Of a stretch of DNA of 64,000 nt, positions 1 through 12,844 are shown in pieces. The translations under genes and the position numbers were made by a program. The notes below the pieces were generated by a model, which saw nothing but the letters and a program-made list of their open reading frames with translations, was not told the origin of the DNA and made no database searches. The DNA is from Haliotis cracherodii. Its lineage: Eukaryota. The stretch is taken from contig NW_027266330.1 in NCBI RefSeq assembly GCF_022045235.1, positions 496,001 to 560,000 on the forward strand, in the 5' to 3' direction. How positions within the stretch are numbered: position 1 is the stretch's first letter; every line of letters begins with the position of its first letter.

Positions 1-2347
1 TCCCCCACAAGGCTCGCATCATGAAGATTAGTGTTCCCTGTGAAAGAAGATATGGTACATTAGTTGCATGTTGCATCTTTTCTCTTGGAGTAGATGTGTC
101 AGTAACTGCTGTATTTGCAGACAGTATTGTATATACGCCATAATACATTACATCACATGCTGATTTAATACAGGACCTTATGGAGACTGTCCTTACCTTT
201 CATCAAATGCATCCCTTCCTCCAGAGAATGACCTGAAAACCACAATTGTAGGTACGTTTCATATATTATTTGAATTAATCTGGATCCGTCATATATGATA
301 ATTCATATATATAATTTTAAGATTCCATATTTTCTGTCACTGGTCAGGAAGAACAACTGTATTCTTGATATTTAGAAACAACGGTTTGCTTAATAATATC
401 AACCCACATACAATGAGAGGGGCATACTATATTCACATCCCACTATGACACACTTCAAACATTTTACAATCACCCAAACACCACACCTAATCCCAGAATA
501 TGTTGTGTAGGAAGTAAAACTTCATTATATCCTGTCTGCTCATATTGTGATTTTTGAATAATTTTACGTCATTGGGAAATGTACTTATTCAACTTAAAGG
601 CCACCAAAACTGGAGAGAGGTAATGAGTATTTTTCGGATCTACATATTTTGTGTTTTTATACTTACGGGCTTTGAGGTTTCTGAAAGAACATACAATTAT
701 GAGAGTTAGTTAAATAAATAAGTTCCATTCATTTATCGAGTGTATTTAATTTCTCAATTGGTGAGAAGCCAATTCTATTGTGACGTAAGTGAGTAAGATT
801 AAAGCTGCTTTGAACGACAGTTAGTTGTGCAATGTGTGAGGAGAGTGCCAGGCACACACACCATGCTACTTTGCAACAGAAATCAAAGTCAAATTGGAAA
901 TATGGTATTACCTATTTCTATGTCTTTCCCTTCTGCAAGTAAAAATGAAAATATGTTTAAACGAATATGAACAGAATGTCCGCCAACACCTGGTGTCATC
1001 ACTGATTTTCAGTGGTCCCTTCATGCAATGTTTACAGCTATGTTGTCCTTTACGCGAAATGGCGTATAATAAGTTGCGTTTTATCTTTTATAATGATATT
1101 CATACAGGACACGTTCCGAACGTAAAATCACATTGATTTTTACTTACAGAATGACAAAAAGTGTAATGATGACGACTATTATCACAACCACGGCAATGCA
1201 CACGGGGATAGCAATCGCGGCCGGCCCTGTTGATAGGGACTCCGTCGTCGTCGAAGTTCCTGTTGAGGGAGCTGCTGTCACCTCCACTGTATAAACACAG
1301 ACTAGTAACTGATCCATGTGTAGGTGCACTGATATGTATATACATTTATCACATACATTTAACTGTTTACAAGAAACCAAAGCTGGAGACAACATCTCCA
1401 ATGCAATCAGTTATGTACTACTTTCATGTAAATATGTTAGGCTTCTCTGTATCAACTCAGTTTTTTTTATGTTTCATGAGTCCTTTTGTAACTACAGACC
1501 ATTTATACCCCTAGTCATCTGTGTCCTTGTTCCATCAAACCTTTATACCTTTCAGCATTTGACAAAAATGTCCCTCCCTGTTGTGTGGGCAGCCCAGGGT
1601 ACAGTGTCCGTCTTGTTGGTTGCAGGTCCTGTTGACACAATGAGTGCTGCACTGGGAGTTGCACTGATCTCCGTACCAGCCTGCCAGGCACCCCGAGGAG
1701 CAGCTCCCACTCAGCTTGTCACAGTGTATGTCCTCCGTGCCTACAAGACTGGCACATTGCTGGGGACAGCTGTGTTCACATCTTCCTCCATAAAATCCCA
1801 GGTCACACTCTTCGCCATGGACAAGAAGTACTGCTTGACAGTACACAAACATTCAAAACAGGTTTCCACAATTTTGAGTAAGAAGGTGAGTCAGTAAGTG
1901 AGTGAATGAGTTTGGTTTACACTCCTTTTAGCTATATTCCAGCAACAGCACGAGAGAGACACGAAAGTGGGCTTCACGCATTGTACTAGGGCCTTTGGCG
2001 TGACAAGGCCAATCCACCACCACCACCACCCCCCACCCCCATTTCAGTGTACCCATAAGTGAAAGCGTTAAACGTTTATAGATAACAGATTGACCTTTCT
2101 CCTGGCTAGATTTTACACACAAAAAACATTTAATGCGACAGGGTGAATGGCCACCATGATCGCTGTATCAGTGCATCTTGGATACATTTATGTTTTATGT
2201 AAGGAACATATTTCCCATTCTGTGACTGCATATTATCTTGAAAGTATTATTAAAATGATAGTTGTACTCACCTAATCTAAGCAGAAGAATGAAAAGTGTC
2301 AAAATTGCTGAAGGTGTTCGCCTTCCCTTTATCGGCCGCAAATACAT
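1..2347 (-). CDS. Gene A: spliced type-I membrane receptor, signal peptide + EGF cassette + TM + microexons + start of ankyrin exon (3' end outside window)
   Basis: GT-AG exons with consistent phases: 2347-2272 (MYLRPIKGRRTPSAILTLFILLLRL, signal-like), 1830-1549 (VLLVHGEECDLGFYG...CQMLK, EGF-like), 1286-1148 (S/T stalk + TM AIAIPVCIAVVVIIVVIITLFVIL), 932-912 (RERHRN), 680-667 (NLKA), 232-197 (HSLEEGMHLMK), then <=37 (GNTNLHDASLVG, matching ankyrin GxTxLHxAxxxG). Open frame across all junctions. Confidence 0.8.
1888..2015 (-). mobile_element. Degraded tRNA-derived SINE fragment
   Basis: (GAGT)n tail on the + strand, ATATTCCAGCAA and GGGCTTCACGCATTG segments shared with the copy at 61996-62193. 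Confidence 0.55.
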
Positions 2348-2398
2348 CAAAGTGATCTGGACTTGGAAACAGATATTATATATGACATGACCTTTATA

Positions 2399-3966
2399 TA
2401 CTACTAAAAATTTGATAAGGATCGTAGATATTTTTCTAAATAAAAAAACGAAATATCTGCATAACTGGCAATATTGTGTTCAAGTGAAATCAAAAACGTC
2501 TCCAACACACGTGCACTTGCATTTCATGCCATGGGAAATGCGTTTCACATCACAGTTCATGCTTTTGCTACCATTTGCACGATTTCCAATCAGGCAACGG
2601 TGTCTGATTCATTCTGAAACTGTAAACTCAATTGAGTGTTTACACTACGTTTATCTACGCAATGCCCCCTCAACGTGTAAGGCGTCGCCTGACGACAGAA
2701 CAACTGGGCAGATGTATTGGAATGCTTGATGCTGGCTATTCACAACGTGACGTTGCCAATGCACTAAACGTCAGCCAGAGCGTTGTAAGCAGGGCCTGGT
2801 CCCGACAGCAAAATTATGGTACAGCAGCACACCGACATGGGGGTGGTCGTCAGAGGTCGACAACTCAACACCAAGATCATTTTGTGGCTCTTCATGCACG
2901 ACGTCATCACTTCTGGACAGCAACCAGCCTACGTAACGACCTCCTGAACGCCTCGGGGGTGAATGTGTCCACTCAGACGATACGGAATCGTCTTCACAAT
3001 GCAGGTCTCTAGTCGAGAAGGGCATGTGTCTGAATCCCCCAGACTGTTCGACACCAGCGGGAGCGATTGGAATGGGCTGAAGATCATGTCACTTGGACAC
3101 GGAACGATTGGGTTCCAGTTCTGTTCACCGATGAGTCCAGGTATTGTTTGGACTTTACAGACAGGAGGCAGCGGGTGTGGCGACGACAACGTGAACGTTT
3201 CCATGAAGCCAGCATCAGTGAACATGACCGTTATGGTGGTGGTTCCATCATGGTCTGGGGTGCAATCAACAGAGATGGCAGGACAGATCTTCATGTCCTG
3301 GAGAGAGGAACAATGACGGGGGTGAGGTACCGGGATGAGATCCTCGATGTGTACGTCAGACCCTACGCTGGTGCTGTTGGCCCTGAGTTCATCCTGATGG
3401 ATGATAACGCCCGTCCTCATCGCGCCAGGGTGGTTGAGCAGTACCTGGAGCAGGAGACAAATGTCCGCATGGATTGGACAGCGCGCTCGCCGGACTTGAA
3501 CCCGATTGAGCATGTCTGGAACATGCTGCAGGTTGCCCTTTCACGCCGTAGAGCACAACCCACGACTTTGGCAGAGCTCGGACATGCCCTCGTGGAAGAG
3601 TGGAACAACCTTCCCATTGGGAACATCCGGGTGCTTATTGACAGCATATCTCGACGTTGTCAGGCCGTCATTGCTGCAAGGGGAGGTCATACTCGATATT
3701 GACACTTCATCGACTAAGTGTAATGATGGACTATCCCTCATAACTGTGTAATTCTTTCTCTTGTTTGCTGTTAACATTTTTTAATGAAATGCCTTTTGGT
3801 GTTTGCAGATTTCAAACATTCCACATTGATACAAGTTCATGCCGTTCATGAATTTTCATTCATAACATGATTAAACACGTTTCTGAGTCAGAGTCATGTC
3901 TTTTGTTATGTTTGTGGTAACTTACACACATATTACCTAGTGATCCTTATCACATTTTGAGTAGTA
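2399..3966 (+). mobile_element. Full-length Tc1-family DNA transposon
   Basis: ~25-bp TIRs TACTACT(A/C)AAAAT(T/G)TGATAAGGATC at both ends, flanked by TA; internal transposase. Confidence 0.92.
2662..3702 (+). pseudogene. Tc1 transposase (DD34E) with two in-frame stops
   Basis: HTH region, FTDE, MDDNARPH and SPDLNPIE motifs with 34 residues between D and E. ORFs 2632-3012 and 3067-3702 are in the same frame, broken by TAG 3010-3012 and TGA 3031-3033. Confidence 0.92.
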
Positions 3967-5649
3967 TACTTCAAGTACTGAGCTACCTCAACCTACACGG
4001 GAACAGTTTAAGATCAAGTGGCCAGTATTGTGGTGATGCAGTATACAAGTTTCATCTTAAAGAATTGTTAAACATATATATGAATGCTCAGATCATTTCC
4101 GGGTCACAATGATATTTCACAAAATGTATTTTTTTACATATTATTTTTATCCGATTGTTCATAAGTTGATCAGCATTTTAGCATTGTTACATGAATTTGA
4201 GCAGAATTATATGCAAACTGGAAACATTGAAATTGTGTATTGTGATGTGGCTGTCACTATGAGCATAGAAAATTTCATACAACTGAGATTAAAACCTAAG
4301 TTGTAACTGCTTGTTTAACTTCACATGGTGAAATTTTCTTTACTTATCATAATTTATTACCTAAATTTCCAAGATGATTTGCTATTTATCTTATGGATTA
4401 TTTCATTGGGTCTGAGAATCCACATGTCTCAGATAGTCTACCAACATTGAATTGTTTATTTAATTTTACACATTGCAATATCAGACTCTGTAACAATATG
4501 TGGTTATATGTTAAGCTATAAGTGTGTGTCATGAAGACGATGTAGAGACAATGATACATAATACATACGTCAGTACGATGTGATACTTCCTACTTGTCAA
4601 CCCAGAGAGTATGTGTGTCGACTGTACACCCCACATCACGCTTACAGAAGGACGCCATTTTCACCTTGATGACACACTTACTACCTCTGCTTGATACAAA
4701 AAGTAGAAACTATTTGATATCCCGGCCGGTATGGAGTTGCATGACTGGACGTGTTTATTTATAGCTTAGCCTTGTTCTCGCTCAATATATGCAGTTAGCT
4801 TCGACAGGCAAGTGCAGGGAAGTGGGTCACCTGATCAGGTACAAAAGGCAATGCATTCTGGGTGGAGTCCGCTCAGCTCAAAGTCTGTTTGGCAGGTTGA
4901 GCGGTTAGTGATTCTACCAACATAAATCAAAGATACCGGGATACTTGTATAGACCAGTGATTATATGTACGATTGGATAGTTGTTTGTGATTAGTGAATC
5001 GTTAGACATCAAAGTTCAGTCAAGCAAATGATAAAAGACAATTCCAGGACCAAGGAGCATTCCTTTCACAGATGTGTACATGTAAGTTTTATGGCCATAT
5101 GATCCATTTTGTTACAATTATGTGATCAATGGAAACCTGTTTGTTTGAAATTATAGTATTGAATATTGGCAACCACTTGCACAACTGGAAGAAAACAGCG
5201 GGTTTGAGTGGAACTTAACCACGCAGTTTTCACTTAACTCGACTTATGAAACAGGCCAATAAATCTGAAACCAAATTATGAGTGATTTGAATTGAAAAAG
5301 TTTCACTGATACCCATGCCTCTGTGGGTGTTGAGCTAATCAGTGAAACATTCAGTTGTGAAAGGCTGTGGTAGAAACTCTGGGCTTGATGTGCCAGGCAT
5401 CATTACTGCATCCTCTGTGGGGAATCCCGGTTAGAAGTGGTCCTCAGGAAACTATGTAGAAGCGACTTGGATGATTGCCTGTCGAGCGTTTCTCCTGATT
5501 TCATCCCATCTTTTATAAACATTAAACAGACACACTAGAATGTAAAGAACTTTAATAAAAATGATAGTAAATATACAATAGATGTTTATATTTTCCATCG
5601 AAATGCTAACATAACGAAATATACTTCTCAGATAAAGCCTGGGGATTTA

Positions 5650-6557
5650 CAAATGAAGATACATTATCATCTCCGGCCACAACTTAAGCGGGACAATCAT
5701 AAAGAACTTAGCTCCAGATTTGTAATGCACGGGGGACTGTTCAATTCTTCACATAGCTCTCACGAGCGCTCCAAAATACATGTACTAAAAACAGAGGTAA
5801 ACTCATAGGTCAAACCCTCGGCATGATTTAAAAAATCCAAAGAAAGGACATTGTGGTCCACCTTGCTTGTGTCCCAGCTCACATCGGAATGTTCGGAAAC
5901 AAAGAAGTCGACAATTCTGTCAAATCAGGGCCAACTTAAACACAGTCAACTCAGACCTCGGCCACAGTTAGGACGAAGTCAAATCAATTATTCAAAGCAA
6001 ACTCAGCCCGAAATGGGCATCTAAATACCAAACTTTGATGATAGCAAAACGCCTCAAACAAATGGTAAAAAGAGCTCAACACAAAGTCTCAACAAACCAC
6101 CAAAACAAACTAACGCACAGATCTATAACTAGACCTTACACTGGTCACACAAACATAAACATCCATCAAAACAACATTAAAAAGCATCGTACAGGCAACT
6201 CCCTTTACTATTCTACAGTGGAGGACAACAGCAGGTGAAATTCCAATGTAAACACTACAAGAATGTCTGAAGTGAAATAGGCACACACATTTCCACAATT
6301 CAGCAACCCATCACTCTAGCTTATTCCTCCAACTATTACCACCAAGGCATTTACCTAATCAAAACCAACTTAAACGGCAGGATCTAAAGGCAGCAACCTA
6401 ATATCACACTGTCACATCACATTCTGTCAGCTACTTTACAGGCCCTTATTCCAGTCACTTACTTCCCTTTTTCAACATTCACTCCCGTCATGTGAATTAT
6501 TTTGAAAGTAACATTTTTTTCATCAAAATCATCATCATCATCATAATAATCATCATC
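5650..6557 (+). mobile_element. Old 5'-truncated I-group LINE remnant (RNase H and C-terminal region)
   Basis: Decayed VPAHIGMFGNKEVD (RNase H WxPAHxGxxGNExAD) near 5865-5910, ITRPYTGHTNIN near 6125-6160, ends in (ATC)n. Related to 30905-31613. Confidence 0.65.
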
Positions 6558-7083
6558 TATAAGCTCTTTGAATAATTAGAATTCAAACATTAGAATATCG
6601 AACATTAAATAATGATAGGGTCAATCGATCATCCGCAAGACATCTATGCAGTTAACAAGAATCTATATTTATTGAATAAAGTGTAAAATAAGACATAACT
6701 ATTATAAATAACTCAGATGCAGCCATTAGACAACAATTATGATGGTACAAATCAAACTTTGATGCTAGACATTTAGGTCATTTCTTAATCTACCTTACTT
6801 TCACATTCTGGTCACTGGTTTTCCGGGTCCATCACATGATTGTCTGGTCTGGCTACAGGCTGCCTTGTATGCCTGACTACTACTGTGCAGTGTCAGGCAA
6901 TAAACACCTACACTTTTCAGCAAATTACAAGACAAACTTTCCCTTTTCAAAAACACCTGGTTTCTTCACTGATATTCAGTGATTTATTCATGTCAATGTC
7001 ACCACTATGTTGCCTTTAGCGCCCAGTGGAATCTGTTTCGGCGGATAACCGGAAGTGGGTATTCCATGGGTTAACGTTTTATA

Positions 7084-9560
7084 TTAATCCTCACTGCTGT
7101 TATATACGTCATCTCTTTGGCTATAGTAAGATTCAGTTGGTGAGATGTAGTTGACCACTGCTCCCGGGCCAGCAGCAAGGACGTCCGGATCTCTCATCAG
7201 GTGAGTGTAGGACTTGGAGACTGTTGCAGAACTGTCTGATGTGTCTGTAGCAGAACTGTCTGATGTGTCTGCAGCAGAACTGTCTGATGTGTCTGCAGCA
7301 GAACTGTCTGATGTATCACGATCACTGACTTCTATTGCACGTGCTGCTGGAAAGCAATCAGCTATAACAGGTATGGCTATATCGACCACGTGGCTTCCAT
7401 CTGATCCCTCGATGCCCACATCTTCATCTCGTATCTGCCAGTATCTGTTTTGCTGGTACTCCACTGTGGCGACATCTAAATTTGCTTTTTGCCTACGTTA
7501 AACAAAAAACATCAGTTGTGACAAAATAGTAAGTGACTCTTGAGTTTATGCTTTTTGTAAATAATAATGAAGTATAAAACATAAATGTTAAACAATACGA
7601 TTTCTTTGCTTCTACCATAGAACAATTAACTTGTCCAAAATCACAAGCTATTAGTCATGCAATGTATGGCCTGTGAAACTGAGCTAATTACCTTTCAGTT
7701 ATAGAATTGAAACTGTTTATATGTCTTTGAATTTTGAAATGCACCTACCACGATCGGCAGAGAGTTACAAGCACAGAAGAACGTAATCTGATCTGAGACA
7801 CTTTTCCAATTATTAAAATAACAAACTAACATGGATACCTTAGTTTCAACAGACGTTTTCGATGGAGGATGCACACTGTGACCACCACACAAATGACAAA
7901 GACAACTACCGCTGTTGGTACTCCTATTTGGATGTTGTTGGTATTAGCGGGCGTCTGATCAGCTGAAAGTAAACCAGATGTAGCACTGAATAATTCTGTA
8001 GAACAACTGAGCTATTGGATTATTTTTCACATGAGTTTTGAGAAATATTTCACAAATTATTTTGGTTTTGTCGAGGTGATATGTTTCTGTTGTGTTTGGG
8101 ATTATGGGAATAAAATGTTTGATCGTAAGTTGCAGCTGTAGACAATGGATTGATTCGTCAAATACATTCATCTTTTTTCAAACAGCTGTATCAGCACTAT
8201 TTGATAGATTAATGAACACCTTCTTATGATACAGGCAGAACAGTACAATGAACTCTCAGTGAGATCGTATGACTATGGAAAAGGTTTTGTCGCTGTTATT
8301 TACCTGTGTCAGTGCAGTTGTTAGTACAGGTCAAGTCGCATCTGGCTCCTGTGTTGCTGCATACGTCAGAACAAACGCCAGTTGTTGTATCACAAACACC
8401 GTCAAGACAGCAGCTTTGGTTGCAGGACATCCCATAAAACCCATTGTCACATCCTTCACACGACCCAGTGTCTGTGTTGCAGGAGTTATTGACACAGTTG
8501 TCAGAGCAGGGCATACAGTCAGTCCCAAAGTATCCAGGTACACAACCATCTACACAGCCACCTGAAGCGGAGCATCTCTTGTACAGACACCTGGGGTTAC
8601 ACTGAGAGGAGCAGGTTGCTCCATACCAGCCATCAACACAACCCTTGACACAGTCGCCTGTCTCTCTGATACACTCAGGTGACCTTGTGGTAGAGCTGTT
8701 CATGTCAGATACTGCCTGACAGTGTTTACTGCAGTCCTTGTCACAGAAAAAGCCATAATATCCAGGTACACAGCCGCGTTCACACCCAAACTTACAGGAA
8801 CCTTGACAGTGATCACACAAATATGTACAATTTAATCCAAAATATGACGAATGGCATTCGTCACACGTCCCATTAACCCTGTTGCAAGTTTTACATCTAC
8901 TGGAGCAGTCTTTACAGGTGGAACCATAGAAGCCGTCCTTACATCCAGACACACAGGAGGAGCCGAGCTGGCAGTACCCTCCCTCACATCCACCTGGACA
9001 GGCCGAGCAGATCTCTGGAGGTGGAGTGCAAGGCACTTTGCAGTTTTGGCCTCTAAAGCCAGACACGCAGCCTTCAGTGCAGTTTTCAATACCTAGACTT
9101 GTAAGTACACACGTTCTGTTCCTGCATCCGTTACTGCAGACTGAGTCACATGTGCTGCCGAAGTATCCATTGTCACATGATGTACAGGCGGTTTTCTCCA
9201 AGTCACAGACTGAACAGTGGGGATTTTCGCCACAACGAGCCGCTGTAAAATACATCTTGAGAAGTATAGATACCGGCATTGCAATATAATGTGAGGAATG
9301 TGTTTTATTCCATCAATTACTTGTATTGTGGGAGTTCAAAGAACAAAAGCACAAGTTTAAGAGATCCAGGTTATATAAGATAGTTTTATGTTACCTCAAA
9401 GACCGTAGAAGGCCGTAATGATATCATTAGGTCATTTAGTCCTGTAATGATTCAGCTACTTTTCATGTAAGGTCAAAGTCATGAAAAGTGAAAACAAAAA
9501 AAGGGCTTTACCTTTAGTTGAGGCAAACGTCAGGAAACACAGAGTTATTGTAATAAGCAT
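7084..9560 (-). CDS. Gene B: MEGF10/Draper/SCARF-like multiple-EGF type-I receptor, about 506 aa
   Basis: Exons 9560-9512 (MLITITLCFLTFASTK, signal), 9242-8304 (313-codon Cys-rich EGF exon), 7962-7839 (TM IGVPTAVVVFVICVVVTVCIL + HRKR), 7492-7084 (tail, stop TAA). Phases 1/1/2 consistent; total 1521 nt. Confidence 0.88.
7222..7316 (-). repeat. In-frame 21-bp repeat (DTSDSSA x4) in gene B cytoplasmic tail
   Basis: GCAGAACTGTCTGATGTGTCT-type unit repeated about 4 times. Confidence 0.9.
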
Positions 9561-9899
9561 GATATACCCTGAAATATACAAATATGCATGTGTCACCAAT
9601 CTTCTTTCTGAAATAAACGCATGGGCAAAAGATAGTATCCACTCTACAATTGATTTCTTCCCCCAAACTATCAAAGTGAGCAACATGGCATCAGGCTTAG
9701 AACAGTTGCCCAAGATCTGCAAACTCAATTCCCAATATGCAACGCGTTGGCCATAAAGATGCACGTGCAGAGGCCAAAAGTCACCCAACAGCTTTTCCAA
9801 GTATTCGTAAAAATGCAAGGGCTGAATTTGTATAAACAGGCGATGAACCGTTGTTAAGACATCACACGTAATAGAAAAACAACAAAGATAAGCCACGGT

Positions 9900-10845
9900 T
9901 AACTGCAGGACATAGAGGGAGAGCCATAGCTATGGAGCAGATGGGAGCCAACCATACCCAGATTGCAACCTATTGCGACCTACCCTTGTATCCAGACATA
10001 CACTTACAGAACCTAATGTATAAAGACCTACCCTTGTATCCAGACGTACACTTACATAACCTATTGAGTAACGACCTACCCTTGTATCCAGACATACACT
10101 TACAGAACCTAATGTGTAAAGACCTACCCTTGTATCCAGACTTACACTTACAGAACCTAATGAGTAAAGACCTACCCTTGTATCCAGACATACACTTACA
10201 GAACCTAATGTGTAAAGACCTACCCTTGTATCCAGACATACACTTACAGAACCTAATGTGTAAAGACCTACCCTTGTATCCAGACATACACTTACAGAAC
10301 CTAATGTGTAAAGACCTACCCTTGTATCCAGACATACACTTACAGAACCTAATGTGTAAAGACCTACCCTTGTATCCAGATATACACTTACAGAACCTAA
10401 TGTGTAAAGACCTACCCTTGTATCCAGACATACACTTACAGAACCTAATGTGTAAAGACCTACCCTTGTATCCAGACATACACTTACAGAACCTAATGAG
10501 TAAAGACCTACCCTTGTATCCAGACATACACTTACAGAACCTAATGAGTAAAGACCTACCCTTGTATCCAGACATACACTTACAGAACCTAATGTGTAAA
10601 GACCTACCCTTGTATCCAGACATACACTTACAGAACCTAATGAGTAAAGACCTACCCTTGTATCCAGACATACACTTACAGAACCTAATGTGTAAAGACC
10701 TACCCTTGTATCCAGACATACACTTACAGAACCTAATGTGTAAAGACCTACCCTTGTATCCAGACACACACTTCCATGTGATACAGCGGTGTGTAGGTTT
10801 CTGACAGTATCAGCTGGTGTGGAGCCGTGTGGCCCTGTGACCTGT
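9900..10845 (-). pseudogene. Decayed EGF-like exon hosting the 48-bp array
   Basis: Upstream flank reads YCQKPTHRCITWKCVSGYKGRS; downstream flank has frameshifted GCNLG, APICS and CPA fragments. Confidence 0.45.
9977..10773. repeat. 48-bp minisatellite, about 16.6 copies
   Basis: Unit GACCTACCCTTGTATCCAGACATACACTTACAGAACCTAATGTGTAAA, period 48. Confidence 0.97.
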
Positions 10846-11590
10846 TATGTTGTCTTTCACAGTTCAAAGTTTGCTGTTTCATTTCCCCTTAACAAGGAAA
10901 ACATCATATTCTGTATTACACAAGCGGTGACTCTCAACAAAACAGAATGCATGAAAAGGTGGAACCAAAATAGTGATTATGGTAGTTTTTAACTTTCTTT
11001 GCGATGAGATGTAAATTATACAGCTCCATCTGAAACAACAAATTAATTTGCTATAATAACATGAATGCGTGTAGTGAATCTGCTTGAATGTGTAAAACAC
11101 TACAGGTTTGTTGAATTGGAAAAGGCAACAATATATTACAATATTCTTTCACTTTCTTTGCCCTTCAATAAAAGCAACAAAATCCTTTCTGCTGAAGTCC
11201 TTGTCTGTGGTATAACTGACTATGTATCAGCATGTTTCTACAAAGCACAATCCAATTGTGGGGTTTTACAGTTTCAGCTGTATGGCCTCTTATGTGTCAT
11301 GGTTCAAAATGTTTTATTTCATTTTCCCCACAACAAGGAAAACATCATTTTCTGAAATAGACAATCAGTGTTTTCTGACTCACAACTAAACAGAATGTGT
11401 CAAAAAGTAGGAATAAATGTTACATCTTGTATTTAGTTGCCTTGTTTTTCGGTGATCACACGGACAATATCAGCATAGTCTGAAACAAGAAACTAATAAC
11501 ACACTTATAGGCTATAACAACATGGAAGTATACAGTGAAACATTTGCTTGAATTTGTGAAACACTACAGGTTTGTTAAACATGGAAATGC
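10810..11590. repeat. Old diverged local duplication (two ~300-bp copies)
   Basis: AACAAGGAAAACATCAT, AAACAGAATG, TCTGAAACAA and AAACACTACAGGTTTGTT recur in the same order at ~10890-11115 and ~11330-11580. Confidence 0.75.
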
Positions 11591-12789
11591 CCTGGTTTCA
11601 GGTGCGTTGATTAGCAAAAAAAACTACTTTTATTTGTCAAACTTTCGATACATAAATTCTACATGATGTGAAGACCAGAGACATACTCCACTAAATCAGA
11701 AAAAATACTGCAGGTTATTGAATTTGAACTTTGAAACTTGGAAACAAGGGAATTCATGCAAAACAATCAAGTAACATTCTAAGACAAAATTGGTTTCCCA
11801 AGTGTTCCACACTATTTTTGAAATGTCATGAATCCTCAATAGTTTCATTTTCCTATCCGAACAACGTTTCATGCAAGTTGTTCCGTTATCAGGAACATTC
11901 AACCACCCTACGCTGGCCACATTTGCTGAAATTATTATGTTGTTTAAAGTATTACTAAAACTACAGCTGTGAATGTTTAACATCTTTACCACAGTAAATG
12001 GCATGCTCCTCATCTGTTACTCAGTTTACCTTAGACGCTCTACGTATGAAGTTATATTAATCAAAATAATGTCAATGATAGTCATAAACCCTTTCCCGTA
12101 ATTACCAACAAGAGCACTGCATATCCACAAGTATAATGGTCATGATCTATGAAGATGTTATAATTATTCAGTTTCTCTGTAAACTAAGGTTATTCTTACC
12201 GTAATTACTCTAATAAATGTTGCATACTTTGTACACTGACTCTGTGCGCATTTACCGTACATACTCGAATATGACAAACATTGCTAGCTAAAAAAAGATA
12301 GCATATCAAGCCGTATGCATTCTGTGCACAATTGTGGGCGGGTGTGCCTCAAGATGCGGAGACAAGATGTGACCTCTGTGGCCAGGTGTATCATGATCTC
12401 GTCAAGCCTTGTTCTGACACAATGTTACTCTCCTAGGAGCACGCAAGTCCAGTTCTGGACAAAGTTATCATTTCATCTCCCTCTGGAGTTGCATTGCACT
12501 CACCACAGAGCAGATGACGAAACTCTTGTACAATATCTGCTTGACAGATCCCTCGACATTTACCTACCACTCTATGGAATCTGTGACAACCAGGCCACGT
12601 GTACCGGTTGTGTAATGGCAGCTACGCCTTCTACCACAGAGAACTTACCATCATGAGATACCACACACGAAACAACCTGTATTCCTTTTGGCAACGTTAC
12701 ATAAAGCTCGAACAAATGTATGTATCCTCAAAGTGTTCTTCTCACCTTAGTTCACTGACACTTCTTACCTTCTTGTTCTTGTCTGACTG

Positions 12790-12844
12790 GGCACTCGTGA
12801 AGAGCAACCTCCTCGTGGTGAGTGCTGGGTAGCACTAATAGCTC
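12790..12844 (+). ncRNA. Minimal HDV-like self-cleaving ribozyme at LINE 5' end
   Basis: P1 GGCACUC/GAGUGCU with G.U at the cleavage site; P3 ACC/GGU; L3 UCCUCGU; GG for P1.1; P2 GAGC/GCUC; J4/2 CUAA with putative catalytic C12835; P4 essentially absent. Confidence 0.8.
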
